From Callorhinchus milii (Eukaryota), in contig NW_024704743.1 in assembly GCF_018977255.1 (NCBI RefSeq), positions 58,096,001 to 58,160,000 of the forward strand: DNA of 64,000 nucleotides, read 5' to 3'. Numbering within the stretch: the first letter of the stretch is position 1; the number at the start of each line of letters is the position of its first letter. Made by a program: the position numbers and the translations under genes. A model generated the notes under the pieces. That model had not been told where the DNA came from. It did not search any database and worked only from the letters and a program-made list of their open reading frames with translations. Positions 62,469-64,000 of the stretch are shown piece by piece.

Positions 62469-64000
62469 ATGCAAGTTATGGTCAAGATTACCTGTATAGG
62501 AACAGGGACAATTCATCCTGCACACAGATCTAATCTTATTGTGCTTACTGTTGATACTAAACTGGAGTCTTGTCTGCCTCCTCAGGTGGATATTTAAAAT
62601 CCCATGACACTATTTGCTAACAGTCCCTCTGTATTTCTGTGTATAAATTGTGTGTTTCATTTGCCTACAAATACACAGTCGCTACACTTTACAGAAATCT
62701 TTTAATAATAAATAATAACAATCCTTGCATTTGATATAGCTCTTTATCACATTGTCAAGATGGCTCAAAGTGCTTCACAGAATGTACTTGCCAGGCTCCA
62801 ATGGCTCCCAGTTTACTGAACAGATCGATTTTAAATTCCTCTCATTTGTTTTCAAATCCCTTCATGCCCTCGCACCTCCCTACCAATCCAATCTGTTCCA
62901 CCATCGGTGGCCGTGCCTTCAGCCAGACTGACAATTGTAAAACCATTTGGAAGCAACCTGTTACCCACTGAAATGAAGACATTGCTATTACTGTTTAATT
63001 TTCTTGTTTGGGATTGATTGGGATTGAGAATACAAAGCAATAAAATAAACATAAGAAACACAAATGCATTTTAGTAAGCTTTCTCTGGGGATTAGATCCA
63101 AGGTTTTAGTGCATCTGAAAAGAAGGTTTTCTTCTCAATTGGAAATTTCATCTTTTTGGTTTGAAATTGGAAACAGTAAATGAATTATAAATCAGCTATG
63201 AATAACGTGAAATAAATTCTGTACTTCAGATGATATGTTAATCTCATCAAAAGGTAGCATTTGAGTTGAAGCAGCAAAGAAATGATAAGGAATGAAATTC
63301 CTCAGTACTTGTGTTTAAAATAAAGGAAACAATGTGGGTGGGCAAAACACCTGACTGTCTTGGAACAATCATTTGCAAAGTAGACAAGCATTTGTTCAGC
63401 AGTAGTTGTCTGCTACTGCTGAAAGATAAATATAACATTAAAGGATTTGGGTTCCGTACAACGCAAGCTAGAAGTCAGGATTGTGGCTGGTTTTATTTTG
63501 AGCCGCTGCAAAGCACTTCACTGCTGCGAAACACTCCTCATCTCATTGGGGATCATAGATTTGTTATTGCAATTTCTTTAATGAATTTGTTAGCAACTTT
63601 CAAGCACAAAACAGAAATCACAAATAGCACAGCAGCTTCCAGTTTGCAAATGATATATTTTAGACCTCACAGGATTCAAAATGTCCTAGTTTGAAACTCC
63701 CAGAAGTATCTGTCCATTTTCTCATAACATATGGAAAATATTGGTATAGAATCTGTGGTATTCCTTAACGTGTTCCTTAATTTACAAACATTCATCTAGT
63801 GTCCTGTCCAAGAAATCCCCAGATAAAAAATTGAGCCATTCAATTCAGGGCAGTATGTGGGATAATAGGCTGTCGTGTTTGCCTATAAAATAAACAGTCA
63901 CTACATTTTACAGTAAATTGTATGAAACCCTTTGATGCATTTCAACAATGTGAATTAATTGCCAGATTTGCCTACAAGTTTAAATCTTTAGACATGATAA

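Overview
Repeat-rich, AT-rich vertebrate non-coding DNA (intron or intergenic). The repeat repertoire points to a cartilaginous fish, possibly a holocephalan such as Callorhinchus; this is inferred from recalled family sequences, not a search. I can support no intact protein-coding gene, tRNA, rRNA or CRISPR array, and most listed ORFs are retroelement fragments or chance frames. The window holds a young tRNA-Ala-headed SINE with an L2-type tail, older DeuSINE/SacSINE1-like SINEs, L2 and CR1 LINE fragments, a decayed PIF/Harbinger transposase, a Penelope-like inverted repeat and a (GAAA)30 microsatellite. Bases 1-8175 recur at 31358-39566, and the first copy ends exactly at a 30-N gap, so this is most likely an unmerged haplotype (false duplication). 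I found no convincing new biological system. The best leads are smaller: a triple-nested L2 insertion, a 68-bp templated local copy, an apparent conversion patch in an L2 tail, fold-back or filler DNA at retroelement 5' junctions, two long hairpins, an unassigned ~49-bp dispersed motif, and repeat-free islands with TALE/Hox motifs that may be conserved enhancers.
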